Shown here: piece after piece, positions 48,099 through 58,680 of the stretch
How positions within the stretch are numbered: the first letter of the stretch is position 1
Layout of the letters: the number at the start of each line of letters is the position of its first letter
Assembly (NCBI GenBank): GCA_046297395.1
Contig: JBKCNM010000075.1
Span: forward strand, 14,037-78,036
From: Bacteroidota bacterium
GTDB taxonomy: Bacteria; Bacteroidota; Bacteroidia; UBA4408
Direction of reading: 5' to 3'
Length of the DNA stretch: 64,000 bases
Translations under genes and position numbers: made by a program
Notes under the pieces: generated by a model
The model's database searches: none
Told to the model about the DNA's origin: nothing
The model's input: the letters and a program-made list of their open reading frames with translations, nothing else

Positions 48099-49940
48099 TT
48101 ATTCTACCGTAACGCTTTTTGCAAGGTTTCGAGGCTGATCAACATTGCAACCGCGCATCACAGCAATGTGATAACTCAGCAGTTGAAGTGGAACCACGGA
48201 AACAAGAGGAACCAGGCATTCTTCCACATCAGGAATTTCAATCACATGATCTGCGAGGCTTTTCACGAGAGAGTCGCCCTCAGTTACTACTGCGATAATG
48301 ATTCCTTTGCGTGATTTAACCTCCTGGATGTTGCTGACTACTTTTTCGTAGTTCACGCCCCTGGTAGCAATTACAACCACCGGCATTTCTTCGTCGATAA
48401 GCGCAATTGGCCCATGTTTCATTTCGGCAGCCGGATATCCTTCTGCATGGATGTATGAAATTTCTTTCAGCTTAAGGGCACCCTCCAGGGCCACAGGGAA
48501 ACTGTACCCTCTGCCCAGATAGAGAAAATTGCGGGCGTCTTTAAATAGGGAAGAAAGATATTTGATATGTTCATTCTGCGCAAGTACATCTTCTATTTTG
48601 GAAGGAATGTTTTCCATCTCGCTGAGCACTTGATGAAACCTCGATTCAGGAAGCGTTCCGCGTTTTTTGGCAATATGAAGCGCCATCAAGGTAAGCACGG
48701 TTACCTGTGCGGTAAATGCCTTGGTGGAAGCCACTCCAATTTCCGGGCCGGCATGGGTATAAGATCCGGCATGGGTAGCTCTTGCTATGGAGGATCCCGC
48801 TACATTACAAACCCCGAAAACAGTAGCTCCCCTGGCCTTTGCCAATTCAACGGCTGCCAGCGTATCAGCAGTTTCTCCCGATTGGGAAATGGCAATCACA
48901 ATATCATTGTCGTTGATTACCGGATTCCGGTACCTGAACTCCGATGCATATTCAACTTCTACCGGAATGCGAGCAAAATCTTCAATCAGGTATTCGGCAA
49001 CAAGCCCTGCATGCCAGCTTGTGCCGCAGGCAACGATGATAAAGCGCTCTGCATTGGCAAACTTTTCTGCGTACTCCGATATCCCTCCCATTTTCACATA
49101 ATTCTCATCGGCATTCATCCTTCCTCTCATGGAATCGTGAATAGAGCGGGGTTGCTCAAAAATTTCCTTTAACATGAAATGAGGAAAGCCTCCTTTTTCT
49201 ATCGCCTCCAAACTAAGCTCAAGTTCATGAATATAGGGTGTTTTCGAATGGTTGGCTGTGGTAATAATCTTAAGTTCCTTGCCTCTTTCAATGATCGCAA
49301 TTTCCTCTTCCTCCAGAAAAACAACATTTTTGGTGTATTCGATAATGGGTGTTGCATCTGATGCACAGAAAAATTCATTTTTTCCGATACCGATAACCAA
49401 TGGACTACCTTTTTTTGCCGCCACCAACATGTCGGGTGCATCAGAAGACATTACTACGATGGCGTAGGCACCTACCACTTCATTCAATGCAAGCCTAACT
49501 GCATCGGGAAGCGAGAGGCTTTCTTTTGTTTTAATATCTTCAATCAAGTGCACCAATACTTCGGTGTCTGTGTCACTCACAAACACATGGCCTCTTTTTT
49601 CGAGAGCCGTTTTGATGGCCGCATAGTTTTCGATGATGCCGTTGTGAATGATGGCAATGTTGTTGGACTGCCCAAAATGAGGGTGAGCGTTTACATCATT
49701 TGGAACGCCGTGTGTCGCCCATCGTGTATGTCCCATTCCACAAGAGCCACTCAAGTCTTTGGCAGAAGCAAATGACTCTAAATCGGCAACCTTGCCTTTG
49801 CATTTATAAACCCTGATTCCTTCTTTGCTTCCAAGGGCAACACCGGCACTATCGTATCCGCGGTATTCGAGCCGATGAAGTCCTTTAATGATGATCGGAT
49901 AAGCTTGTCTTTCACCGATGTATGCTACAATTCCACACAT
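48099..49940 (-). CDS. glmS: Glutamine--fructose-6-phosphate aminotransferase (isomerising) GlmS
   Basis: 613 aa. MCGIVAYIG (N-terminal nucleophile Cys2), two SIS domains and a C-terminal ...VDQPRNLAKSVTVE. Confidence 0.95.
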   Translation of the reverse strand: MCGIVAYIGERQAYPIIIKGLHRLEYRGYDSAGVALGSKEGIRVYKCKGKVADLESFASAKDLSGSCGMGHTRWATHGVPNDVNAHPHFGQSNNIAIIHNGIIENYAAIKTALEKRGHVFVSDTDTEVLVHLIEDIKTKESLSLPDAVRLALNEVVGAYAIVVMSSDAPDMLVAAKKGSPLVIGIGKNEFFCASDATPIIEYTKNVVFLEEEEIAIIERGKELKIITTANHSKTPYIHELELSLEAIEKGGFPHFMLKEIFEQPRSIHDSMRGRMNADENYVKMGGISEYAEKFANAERFIIVACGTSWHAGLVAEYLIEDFARIPVEVEYASEFRYRNPVINDNDIVIAISQSGETADTLAAVELAKARGATVFGVCNVAGSSIARATHAGSYTHAGPEIGVASTKAFTAQVTVLTLMALHIAKKRGTLPESRFHQVLSEMENIPSKIEDVLAQNEHIKYLSSLFKDARNFLYLGRGYSFPVALEGALKLKEISYIHAEGYPAAEMKHGPIALIDEEMPVVVIATRGVNYEKVVSNIQEVKSRKGIIIAVVTEGDSLVKSLADHVIEIPDVEECLVPLVSVVPLQLLSYHIAVMRGCNVDQPRNLAKSVTVE

Positions 49941-49941
49941 G

Positions 49942-51294
49942 TTATTGAATTCTTTTGTATGTGATTTTTAATATGATCTTGTCTCCTCCCAGTAGTACGG
50001 TTCTTTCCGGTGATTGGTGGCTGAGGTAACAAGACAAAGATAAGCCTTTATCGGAAAGTCCTCCGATGAGTCGCTCTTGTACATATCGTGTAATATTGAA
50101 CTTGTAAGTGTAATCAGATCCGAGAAAGCCGCCGGTATTAAATGCACCCGACTGCGCATCATCAGGCACCGGCACCGTTCGATTGTCACTTCCGGTATAT
50201 TGTAGGGAAAGCCTGGGTGCCCAACCAAAATAGTCGGGGCGATTTCTGTCAACAGGAATAATCAACTCAGCCTTGTGAATAAAGGCAGGCATGCTGTCGG
50301 TCAATTGATTCAATGGGTTGAGGAATAATTTTCCGCGCAAGGCATTTAAACCCATTATACCAAAACGGATGTTCCCTGCGGAAGTATCCGAAAATTGCGG
50401 TTTTACCTCGCTGGAAGCTTGTGGGATATACCTAGAGTAGTTTGCCTTGGCATGGTCGCTTCCGGTATTGAAAACCAGGCGCACAGCGCCTATTCTTTTG
50501 TGTCTTCCAAAAACAATTAATCGTGAAGCAGAGCTGAACAAATTCATTTTTGTGATAACACCTTTGTTAGGCATCATGGCAGATCCCTCACATACAAATA
50601 ACAAACCTTTGAACCAATCTTGAAAAAGCTCATTCGATTGCAGGTTGGATCCGGTGCCCATGATTTTTTGGCCCAAAACATTATTTAATCTGAGCTTGAG
50701 CATGGGTACAGTATCAAATACCCCGCTCACATTATCAGTGGTGTTTGGTACGATAAAAAGATCGGCGAGTGGATTACCAAGAGCAAGGCTAGCCGGAACA
50801 AAATTGCTGTAGTAAATGGAAGATTTGCTCAATTTGGTATTTAATTCATACACCTTCACCCGGATGTTTTTTTCGTTGGGATTTCCATAATAACCACTGT
50901 AGGGAAGTTGAACCACCACCGAATCAATGCCGAGAAGGGAATCTGCGGTAAGCGCATTTACCGGAATATCGTTAGGGAAAGGCAGTGCATATTGAACCAT
51001 AAAACCCGATTCGAGTATTCCACAGAAAGGATCATGGTATGCCCCTAAAAAGTTGGTGCTCATGGTATCTTCATCACTTCTGAAAAAAGAACCTTCGCGA
51101 GAGAAAGAAAATGCGCCTGTGAGACTGAGTGTCCGTATACCGTTAACGCCATCGGGCAACAAATCGGTACCAAGAGCCTCTTTTTTTTTGCATCCCTGGA
51201 TGAGGAGCATTGCGAACAAAAAAAAATTTGCGGACCAAGAGATGGAGCTCCGCAAACTTTTAAAGGAGGAAAACATATGTGTATTATTCGACAA
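49942..51294 (-). CDS. DUF4270-like lipoprotein (hypothetical)
   Basis: 450 aa with a lipobox (LLIQGCKKKE). It sits immediately downstream of glmS, with a 1-nt gap. That position is the usual one for DUF4270-family proteins in Bacteroidota, as far as I recall. Confidence 0.45.
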   Translation of the reverse strand: MSNNTHMFSSFKSLRSSISWSANFFLFAMLLIQGCKKKEALGTDLLPDGVNGIRTLSLTGAFSFSREGSFFRSDEDTMSTNFLGAYHDPFCGILESGFMVQYALPFPNDIPVNALTADSLLGIDSVVVQLPYSGYYGNPNEKNIRVKVYELNTKLSKSSIYYSNFVPASLALGNPLADLFIVPNTTDNVSGVFDTVPMLKLRLNNVLGQKIMGTGSNLQSNELFQDWFKGLLFVCEGSAMMPNKGVITKMNLFSSASRLIVFGRHKRIGAVRLVFNTGSDHAKANYSRYIPQASSEVKPQFSDTSAGNIRFGIMGLNALRGKLFLNPLNQLTDSMPAFIHKAELIIPVDRNRPDYFGWAPRLSLQYTGSDNRTVPVPDDAQSGAFNTGGFLGSDYTYKFNITRYVQERLIGGLSDKGLSLSCYLSHQSPERTVLLGGDKIILKITYKRIQ

Positions 51295-52111
51295 GCGCAG
51301 TGGATTCCTCCATCACCAAATCGTAAAAATTGTTGTACGCTTCGATGTAATTCTCAGGATCCTGAAATCCAAGAACAGGCTTGTTTAAATTTTTCATGTA
51401 TTTCTGCAGTTCTGCAGGCAGGCTTGCGCTTCCCTGAATAACGCCATCCGAGTAATCCATGGCACACCGAGAGAGATTAATATGAGAAGGCGTTTTTAGC
51501 TTTTCAATGTCCTTGTCATGAATGCCGGTCATTTGCAATTTCTGGCCGTATTTTTTGTTCACTTCATTGCCAAAGGCATCGTCGAAAAGGGTGTAGACTA
51601 CTTTGGTATCTGCAAAAATCGGGTCTTCGCGAAACACCTTTTTTACCAAAACAGGCAAGGCTGCAGTCATCCAGCCATTACAGTGGATAATGTCCGGCGC
51701 CCAACCCAGTTTTCTAACAGTTTCTATGACACCGCGACAAAAGAAAATACTTCTTTCATCATTGTCTTCAAAGAAATTACCATCTGCGTCTTTAATCAGG
51801 GCCTTGCGCTGGAAATATTCTTCGTTATCAATAAAATAAACCTGCATGCGGCAGGATTGAATGGAAGCAACTTTGATTATCAGCGGATGATCGGTATCGT
51901 CAATGATGATGTTCATTCCTGAAAGGCGAATAACCTCATGGAGCTGGTTGCGTCTTTCATTGATCAGACCGTAGCGGGGCATAAAGGTTCTGATTTCTTT
52001 GCCCTTTTCTTGAATTCCCTGGGGAAGATACCGGCCAATGGTGGAATGATGGTTTGCCTCTACATAAGGAGTAATCTCCTGAGAAACAAACAAAACTTTG
52101 GCTTTTTTCAT
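51284..52111 (-). CDS. Glycogen/starch synthase-like protein (GT5 N-terminal ADP-glucose-type domain only)
   Basis: KVLFVSQEITPYVEANHHSTIGRYLPQGIQEKGKEIRTFMPRYG resembles the N-terminus of glycogen synthase, which has (K..fv..E..PfaKtGGLaDv...LP.al...G.ev.v..P.Y). It is only about 275 aa long. Being divergent from panC is typical for Bacteroidota. Confidence 0.5.
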   Translation of the reverse strand: MKKAKVLFVSQEITPYVEANHHSTIGRYLPQGIQEKGKEIRTFMPRYGLINERRNQLHEVIRLSGMNIIIDDTDHPLIIKVASIQSCRMQVYFIDNEEYFQRKALIKDADGNFFEDNDERSIFFCRGVIETVRKLGWAPDIIHCNGWMTAALPVLVKKVFREDPIFADTKVVYTLFDDAFGNEVNKKYGQKLQMTGIHDKDIEKLKTPSHINLSRCAMDYSDGVIQGSASLPAELQKYMKNLNKPVLGFQDPENYIEAYNNFYDLVMEESTALVE

Positions 52112-52216
52112 GAAATAAAAAACAGTGGATTTGAAACTGGTCACAAAATTAAGCAAAAATTCCTTTCACTTTAAAATAATATTTGTTCCATACCTTTACA
52201 AACCTGCATTTGGGCC

Positions 52217-53059
52217 ATGGAAATGATTCACACAGCCGCCGCCTGTAAGGCATGGACAAGCGGCCAATCGGGTAGTACCATTGGCTTCGTTCCCACCATG
52301 GGTGCCCTGCATTTTGGGCACATGGAGCTGGTGAAACGCTGTTTAGAAGAGAATGACAAGTGTATTGTAAGTATTTTTGTTAATCCCACTCAATTTACCG
52401 ACGCCCGCGACCTCACGGCTTATCCCAGACAACCGGAGCAAGACCAGAAAATGCTCGAATCGCTGGGCGTACATGCGCTGTTTATGCCAGCGCCCTCAGA
52501 GATGTATCCACAAGGAACAGAAGCTCTTTTACAGATTCCTTTGGACAATCTTGATAAGGTTATGGAAGGCGCCTCCCGGCCGGGCCATTTTACCGGTGTG
52601 GTAACTATTGTAGATCTTTTATTTAAGCTGATACAACCGCATAAGGCTTATTTCGGCGAAAAAGACTTCCAACAACTACTTGTGATCAAAAAACTGGTTG
52701 AATTTTGTCATCATCCCACCCAAATCGTTGCTTGTCCGCTTGTCCGAGAAGCCGACGGACTGGCATACAGTTCAAGAAACATGCGACTGAATGAGCATGA
52801 CAGAAGGTTGGCAAAAATTATCCCGGATACCTTGCTTGAGGTTGCAAGAAGGTATCGCCCCGGCCATGTTAATGAAGCCAAGGAGAGCGTTCACCGGATT
52901 TTTGCAGGAGCCCCCGGGGTCACACTCGATTATTTTAAAATATGTAATCCTCAAACCCTAAGTGAAATTGTGGAAGGTGATACCGGGCAGGTGCGTATGT
53001 TTGTAGCAGCACTTGTCGGTGGCGTTAGGCTTATTGACAACACAAACGCGCCGTTATGA
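52217..53059 (+). CDS. panC: Pantoate--beta-alanine ligase PanC
   Basis: 280 aa. GFVPTMGALHFGHMELV (the HxGH motif) and the KMSKS-like SSRN region match PanC. Confidence 0.9.
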   Translation: MEMIHTAAACKAWTSGQSGSTIGFVPTMGALHFGHMELVKRCLEENDKCIVSIFVNPTQFTDARDLTAYPRQPEQDQKMLESLGVHALFMPAPSEMYPQGTEALLQIPLDNLDKVMEGASRPGHFTGVVTIVDLLFKLIQPHKAYFGEKDFQQLLVIKKLVEFCHHPTQIVACPLVREADGLAYSSRNMRLNEHDRRLAKIIPDTLLEVARRYRPGHVNEAKESVHRIFAGAPGVTLDYFKICNPQTLSEIVEGDTGQVRMFVAALVGGVRLIDNTNAPL

Positions 53060-54048
53060 ACCTAAAAAAATTAATACAACTACTTATATTTCTGTCGATT
53101 GGCCTTTTTTTGGTTTGGTTTTCAGTGAAAGACCTCAACAAGGAAGAGCGATCACTCATCTGGAGCAGTCTCAGTGGCGTGAATGGATGGGCGGTAATGG
53201 CCATGTTTTTTATTGCCACCCTCAGTCATGTGGCAAGGGCAGTGCGCTGGAAAATTATTGCGGGAGAGGAAACAGAGGGCGTTTCTGTAGCAGATTATTT
53301 TTTTGCCATCATGGGAGGCTATCTGGCGAACCTGGCTATTCCCAGACTCGGAGAAGTTACCCGCTGCGGTTTGCTTAACCGTTATCGAAAAGCAGATTTT
53401 TCCAAGATGCTCGGAACGGTTTTGTTTGAACGATTGTTTGATGTGCTCTGTTTGGGGATTGTTTTCCTGCTTACCCTTGCCATGGAATACAAGGTGTTTT
53501 ACCCTTATGCACTTGAGCAGTTTATCAACCCCCTGAGGCAGATGCTTTCTCCCGGTATATTGGTGGTTTTGCTCTGTGGTACGGCCATCGGTATCATGGC
53601 AGTGGTTTTTGTGATGCGCCGAACCATGCATGCCGAGCATCCGCTGTTGGTGATTCTTAATCGTTTTCTTAAAGGACTTACCGGAGTAATGAATCTCAAA
53701 AAGCCGGGCGCATTTGTTTTATGGACCATCCTGATTTGGTTTCTTTACTGGGCAGGAATCATCGCCGGGTATTATGCCATGGAATCTTTCGATGGCCTGA
53801 ATTGGGGATCGGGGCTCTCTTTGCTCATTGGTGGCACCATTGCCATGATTGTTGTACAAGGCGGAATTGGCGCATACCCATATTTCATCTCACAAATTCT
53901 TCTGCTTTACAGTGTTGCTAAACCAACCGGTATCGCTTTTGGTTGGTTGGGTTGGCTCATTCAAACATTGGTTGTGTTGCTTTGGGGATTTCTTGCTTTT
54001 TTGTATTTCGCTGTTAACAAATTACCCAATGAAGACGCCAAGTCCTGA
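53056..54048 (+). CDS. Lysylphosphatidylglycerol-synthase-TM-domain (UPF0104, flippase-like) membrane protein
   Basis: 330 aa with about 8 TM helices. N-terminus [22 protein letters not shown]...ARAVRWKII matches the LPG_synthase_TM / UPF0104 pattern. Confidence 0.55.
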   Translation: MNLKKLIQLLIFLSIGLFLVWFSVKDLNKEERSLIWSSLSGVNGWAVMAMFFIATLSHVARAVRWKIIAGEETEGVSVADYFFAIMGGYLANLAIPRLGEVTRCGLLNRYRKADFSKMLGTVLFERLFDVLCLGIVFLLTLAMEYKVFYPYALEQFINPLRQMLSPGILVVLLCGTAIGIMAVVFVMRRTMHAEHPLLVILNRFLKGLTGVMNLKKPGAFVLWTILIWFLYWAGIIAGYYAMESFDGLNWGSGLSLLIGGTIAMIVVQGGIGAYPYFISQILLLYSVAKPTGIAFGWLGWLIQTLVVLLWGFLAFLYFAVNKLPNEDAKS

Positions 54049-54523
54049 GGATAAAATTTTTGGGACGGATCAATGGCCAGTCCTACAGAAAGTTTGCAGG
54101 CAGGCAACAGACCTCGGGAGAAAATTGGTGTTTACCAATGGTTGTTTCGATATCCTCCACCGTGGACATGTTAGTTACCTGCAAGCAGCCGCAGGATTGG
54201 GAGATATGCTGATTGTGGGACTCAATACGGATAGGTCGGTAGTAGCTTTGAAAGGTCCCCAAAGACCATTGAACAAAACAGCCGATAGAGCATATGTGCT
54301 GGCGGCCTTGCAATGTGTAGATGTTGTTGTGGTTTTTGATGAAGACACCCCTTTGCAACTGATTTCTTTTTTGTCCCCCGATGTTTTGGTTAAAGGAGGT
54401 GATTATTCACCTGACCGCGTTGTAGGTGCTTCGCATGTGCTAGGTCTTGGCGGCAGGGTAGAAATTATTCCTTTTGTGACCGGTTATTCCACCACTTCCC
54501 TGATCAAAAAAATGCATGGCTAA
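54029..54523 (+). CDS. D-glycero-beta-D-manno-heptose-1-phosphate adenylyltransferase-like protein (HldE/RfaE domain II only; cytidylyltransferase fold)
   Basis: [48 protein letters not shown]...LVKGGDY...STTSLIKKM aligns nearly residue-for-residue with E. coli HldE domain II (MTNGVFDILHAGHVSYL...LVKGGDY...STTNIIKKI). There is no kinase domain I. Start taken at the internal Met MKTPSPED. Confidence 0.8.
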   Translation: MKTPSPEDKIFGTDQWPVLQKVCRQATDLGRKLVFTNGCFDILHRGHVSYLQAAAGLGDMLIVGLNTDRSVVALKGPQRPLNKTADRAYVLAALQCVDVVVVFDEDTPLQLISFLSPDVLVKGGDYSPDRVVGASHVLGLGGRVEIIPFVTGYSTTSLIKKMHG

Positions 54524-55880
54524 AACGCACACCCAATTTGTCTGTCGCAATTGTGGACATCAATCTGTGAAATGGGTAGGCAAATGTCCTTCCTGCCAGG
54601 AATGGAATACCCTGTTTGAGGAAGTTGTGCAAAAAGCCCCGCCCAGAAATACAACAGGCAGCAAACCCGGTCATTCCCCGAAATCTATTCATAGCATCGA
54701 AACCATGGATAACATTCGCCTTGGATCGGGGTTTTCTGAGCTCGATCGCATTTTGGGCGGAGGATATATCCTTGGTGCTGCTGTATTGATAGGGGGGGAG
54801 CCCGGCGTGGGCAAATCAACCCTTCTGCTTCAAAGTCTACTGAGAATGAAAGAGGTTCGTTCACTCTATGTTTCGGGTGAGGAGAGTAGCCAACAAATCC
54901 GTTACAGGGCATCCCGTCTTCAAGAATACGATGGTGCGGAGCAGGTTTTTGTTTTTTGTGAAAACAATGTGGATGCCATTCTTGCCCAACTCTCGGGTGG
55001 AGATTATCGCTTTGTTGTAGTGGATTCAGTGCAAACACTCTACGACCCTGCTTTAGATTCATCTCCTGGTACTGTGTCTCAGGTCAGGGAGTGTTCCTTC
55101 CGATTGGTGGAATATTGCAAGGAAAAAAACATTCCCTTGGTACTTATTGGTCATATCAACAAAGAAGGGATTATTGCAGGACCAAAGGTGCTGGAACACC
55201 TGGTGGATACGGTTATTCAGTTTGAAGGCGACAGGCAGGGCCTATACCGAATTTTACGCAGTCTTAAAAACCGCTTTGGTTCTACACATGAAATGGGTTT
55301 TTTTGAGATGGAAGGCTCCGGCCTCAGGGAAGTACTTTCTCCTTCAGATATTTTTATCAGTGATTCAAGAGACAAAAGCTTATCGGGCTGTTCGGTGAGT
55401 TGCATCATGGAAGGCTCAAGAGGTCTTTTGGTTGAAGTGCAGGCGCTTGTGAGTTCTGCCGTGTACGGAACTCCCCAGCGTGTGTCCAAAGGGTACGACA
55501 CAAAAAAACTCAACATGGTGCTTGCGGTATTGGAGAAGCGTTGTGGCTTCAGGTTGTCCCTGAAGGATGTTTTTTTAAACATTACCGGAGGGTTTTCAGT
55601 TGAAGATCCCGGCATCGACCTGGCAGTTGTACTTGCTATTTTATCTTCCAACGAAGACATTCCCATAGACCCGGGCATCTGCGTGATAGGCGAGCTTGGT
55701 TTGTCCGGCGAAATCCGGAGCGTAAACAAACCGGAACAACGGGTTTTGGAAGCGATCAGACTTGGTTTTTCAAGGGTGTTTATTCCGGCTGCACAGGTGA
55801 ATACAAAAAACAGCAAGGAGCATCCCGGGGTGATTGGGGTAAAAAATATCAATGAGCTTTTTTCCGGCATTTTTGGTTAA
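54516..55880 (+). CDS. radA: DNA repair protein RadA (Sms)
   Basis: 454 aa. N-terminal C4 zinc finger [23 protein letters not shown], Walker [15 protein letters not shown], and a C-terminal Lon-like domain. Confidence 0.9.
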   Translation: MAKTHTQFVCRNCGHQSVKWVGKCPSCQEWNTLFEEVVQKAPPRNTTGSKPGHSPKSIHSIETMDNIRLGSGFSELDRILGGGYILGAAVLIGGEPGVGKSTLLLQSLLRMKEVRSLYVSGEESSQQIRYRASRLQEYDGAEQVFVFCENNVDAILAQLSGGDYRFVVVDSVQTLYDPALDSSPGTVSQVRECSFRLVEYCKEKNIPLVLIGHINKEGIIAGPKVLEHLVDTVIQFEGDRQGLYRILRSLKNRFGSTHEMGFFEMEGSGLREVLSPSDIFISDSRDKSLSGCSVSCIMEGSRGLLVEVQALVSSAVYGTPQRVSKGYDTKKLNMVLAVLEKRCGFRLSLKDVFLNITGGFSVEDPGIDLAVVLAILSSNEDIPIDPGICVIGELGLSGEIRSVNKPEQRVLEAIRLGFSRVFIPAAQVNTKNSKEHPGVIGVKNINELFSGIFG

Positions 55881-55962
55881 ACTTATATAAGCGGCCTGAT
55901 GCGACTCCCATTGAAAAAGAAAAGGCTCAAGGGGAACACTTATCTTTGCAGGTAAAATTCAG

Positions 55963-57789
55963 ATGCAGGACATCATTCAATTACTGCCCGACTCGGTGGC
56001 AAACCAGATTGCCGCCGGAGAGGTTATTCAGCGCCCTGCCTCTGTGGTAAAGGAATTATTGGAAAATGCGATTGATGCGGGTGCCGAAAAAATCACCCTG
56101 CTTGTACAAGAGGCCGGAAGGGAGCTGATTCAGGTTTCCGATAATGGTCGAGGCATGAGTCCCGCAGATGCCCGAATGTGTTTTGAAAGGCATGCCACCT
56201 CCAAACTGAAGGGCTCAGAAGATTTATTCAGGATACAAACCAAAGGTTTTCGGGGAGAGGCGCTGGCATCTATTGCTGCTGTTGCCCAGGTTGAATTGAA
56301 AACACGCAGGTTGGAAGAACAATTAGGTACGCAAATACTGATGGCAGGCAGCAAGGTGGTAGAACAAAATCTCACAGCATGCGCCCCGGGGACAGTATTC
56401 ACCGTTAAAAAACTCTTTTACAACATCCCTGCGAGATTTGCTTTCCTTAAATCGAATGCAGCTGAAAACACCCACATCAGCGAAGAGTTTATTCGTGTTG
56501 CCATTGCCCATCCCGAGGTAGCATTTACCTACAATAGCAATGGAAACGAACAATATCATCTTGTAAAATCCAATCTCCCTCAGCGTATTGCTGCATTGTT
56601 TGGCAACAATTATCAGGATAGGCTGGTGAAGCTCGAAGAACAAACCCAGGTAGTGAATATCAGGGGATATGTGGTTAAACCCGAATTCTCCCGCAAGACA
56701 AGAGGTGAACAATATTTTTTTGTAAACAACCGCTTTATTCGCAATCCCTACCTCAACAATGCTGTTCAGATGGCCTTTCATAGCCTGATTCCACATGAAA
56801 ATCAGGCAGGTTATTTTATTTTTATTGATGTGGATCCCGCAGCGGTTGATGTGAACATTCACCCCACGAAAACAGAAGTGAAGTTTAGAGACGAGAAGGT
56901 GATTTATGCCATTTTACATGCGGTTGTGAAGCGCTCTCTGGGACAGGCCAATCTCACACCATCACTTGATTTTACCGATGCCCAGTCGGTTGAATTTCCC
57001 TTGCCCGAGAAGGGTAGAATTTTTTCTGCCCCCGAGGTAAAGATTAATCCCGGCTACAATCCTTTTGATAAAACAAGCGGCTCTTCTTTCGACATGAGGC
57101 GAGCAGCTGATCTTTCCCAGTGGCATCAGCTTTATTCACCGGATCATTCTTCTCAACAAATAGGAAATCCGGATCAACAATCATTTATAGCTTCAAACAA
57201 GGAAGAAGAAAAAGAAGAATACAAACACCTTTTTCAGGTTGCGAACCAGTATCTCGTACTTATGAAAAACGGAACGCTGTATGTCATTGATCAGCAGTTT
57301 GCACACGAGCAGGTGTTGTTTGAGCGTTTTGTTGCCGGGCTGGCACAGCGCAATGCCTCTTCTCAACAGTTAATGTTTCCTGAACATGTAGAGGTGCAAC
57401 CCCATCTTCAGCCTCTTCTCAAAGAGCTGCTCCCCGATTTAAGGGTGCTCGGTTTTTTGTTGCAGCCTTTGGGTATTCATACCTGGGTGGTGAGCGGAAT
57501 TCCATCAGATGCAACAAACCAAAATCTTCAACAACTACTAGATGATATGTTGCATGCTTTCAACGAAAGCAGACAGGATCTTTCATCGCGAAAGCAAACC
57601 TTGTTGTGTGCTTCACTGGCCCGTAAATTATGCATCAAGCGAGGAATGGAGATGAAGAATGACGAAATGCAATCATTGGCAAAAGATTTCTTGGCCTGTG
57701 AAAACACCAGACATACGCCTTCGGGAAAAAAAATAATGACCATGCTTTCACCCGGGCAGCTGGGTGAGTTGATTAAGAACCAAACTTAA
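55963..57789 (+). CDS. mutL: DNA mismatch repair protein MutL
   Basis: 608 aa. SVANQIAAGEVIQRPASVVKELLENAIDAG is the GHKL ATPase N-terminus of MutL. A C-terminal dimerisation domain is present. Confidence 0.9.
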   Translation: MQDIIQLLPDSVANQIAAGEVIQRPASVVKELLENAIDAGAEKITLLVQEAGRELIQVSDNGRGMSPADARMCFERHATSKLKGSEDLFRIQTKGFRGEALASIAAVAQVELKTRRLEEQLGTQILMAGSKVVEQNLTACAPGTVFTVKKLFYNIPARFAFLKSNAAENTHISEEFIRVAIAHPEVAFTYNSNGNEQYHLVKSNLPQRIAALFGNNYQDRLVKLEEQTQVVNIRGYVVKPEFSRKTRGEQYFFVNNRFIRNPYLNNAVQMAFHSLIPHENQAGYFIFIDVDPAAVDVNIHPTKTEVKFRDEKVIYAILHAVVKRSLGQANLTPSLDFTDAQSVEFPLPEKGRIFSAPEVKINPGYNPFDKTSGSSFDMRRAADLSQWHQLYSPDHSSQQIGNPDQQSFIASNKEEEKEEYKHLFQVANQYLVLMKNGTLYVIDQQFAHEQVLFERFVAGLAQRNASSQQLMFPEHVEVQPHLQPLLKELLPDLRVLGFLLQPLGIHTWVVSGIPSDATNQNLQQLLDDMLHAFNESRQDLSSRKQTLLCASLARKLCIKRGMEMKNDEMQSLAKDFLACENTRHTPSGKKIMTMLSPGQLGELIKNQT

Positions 57790-58641
57790 ATGAGCCAATA
57801 TTATCGCCCCCAGGGATTTAATTTATTGCCCGAAGTAACCAAAAACCTGTTGATCATTAACGGTATTTTTTTTCTTGCCTCTATTGTCCTTCAAAACCGG
57901 TTTGAAATTGACCTGAATGATATACTGGGACTCCATTACTGGGGCGCAGAAAAATTCAGGCCTTACCAGTTTGTGACTTACATGTTTTTACATGGCAATT
58001 TTCAGCATATCCTCTTTAATATGTTTGCCTTGTGGATGTTTGGATATGCAGTGGAAAATTATTGGGGTGGCAAGCGATTTCTCATTTATTACCTGATTTG
58101 TGGGTTGGGTGCTGCGTTTACTCATTATGCCATCTTCTTTTTTGAAAGCCGGGAAGCGCTCTCCGCCTTCGATGCGTTTTTATTAAGTCCAAACGAACCG
58201 GCTTTACAAAGCCTGATTGAAAGATTTTCGGTAAATAGTCCGGCCGGCCTGATGAAAACAAGAGATTTTATTGAGACATACAACCAGAAGTTTGCACTCA
58301 ATCCATCAGATGCTTTGTCATATGCAAATGGTTTTGTGCAAGAATTGCGTGCAGATTACCTCAATGAACCTGTTGTGGTTGGTGCATCGGGCGCAGTATT
58401 CGGCCTGCTTCTTGCATTTGGGGTATTGTTCCCCAATGCTGTTATTTACATTTATTTTTTTCTTCCTCTCAAGGCAAAATATTTTGTAATTATTTACGGA
58501 GCACTGGAGCTTTTTTCGGGCATTGCAAACAGCGGGATGGATAATGTAGCGCATTTTGCACACCTTGGAGGGATGCTTTTTGGCTTTCTGCTTATCCGTT
58601 ATTGGCGAAAGCGTCCACCCGATAATTATTTTTACATCTGA
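57790..58641 (+). CDS. Rhomboid family intramembrane serine protease
   Basis: 283 aa. GASGAVFGLL (GxSG catalytic Ser) and AHLGGMLFGFL (catalytic His) sit in TM helices. The start ATG abuts the mutL stop. Confidence 0.8.
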   Translation: MSQYYRPQGFNLLPEVTKNLLIINGIFFLASIVLQNRFEIDLNDILGLHYWGAEKFRPYQFVTYMFLHGNFQHILFNMFALWMFGYAVENYWGGKRFLIYYLICGLGAAFTHYAIFFFESREALSAFDAFLLSPNEPALQSLIERFSVNSPAGLMKTRDFIETYNQKFALNPSDALSYANGFVQELRADYLNEPVVVGASGAVFGLLLAFGVLFPNAVIYIYFFLPLKAKYFVIIYGALELFSGIANSGMDNVAHFAHLGGMLFGFLLIRYWRKRPPDNYFYI

Positions 58642-58680
58642 ATAAACTCCGCTAAAAAATCTTCGTTAAAAGCATAAAGT

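Noticed and set aside
53152-53640. 162-aa ORF on the minus strand, and the 201-aa plus-strand ORF at 48567..49172
   Set aside because: Both are antisense to strongly supported genes (the LPG-synthase-TM protein and glmS) and are His/Gly/Cys-rich. Shadow ORFs.
55217-55870. 217-aa ORF on the minus strand
   Set aside because: Antisense to radA. It has an S/P/T-rich low-complexity composition. Spurious.
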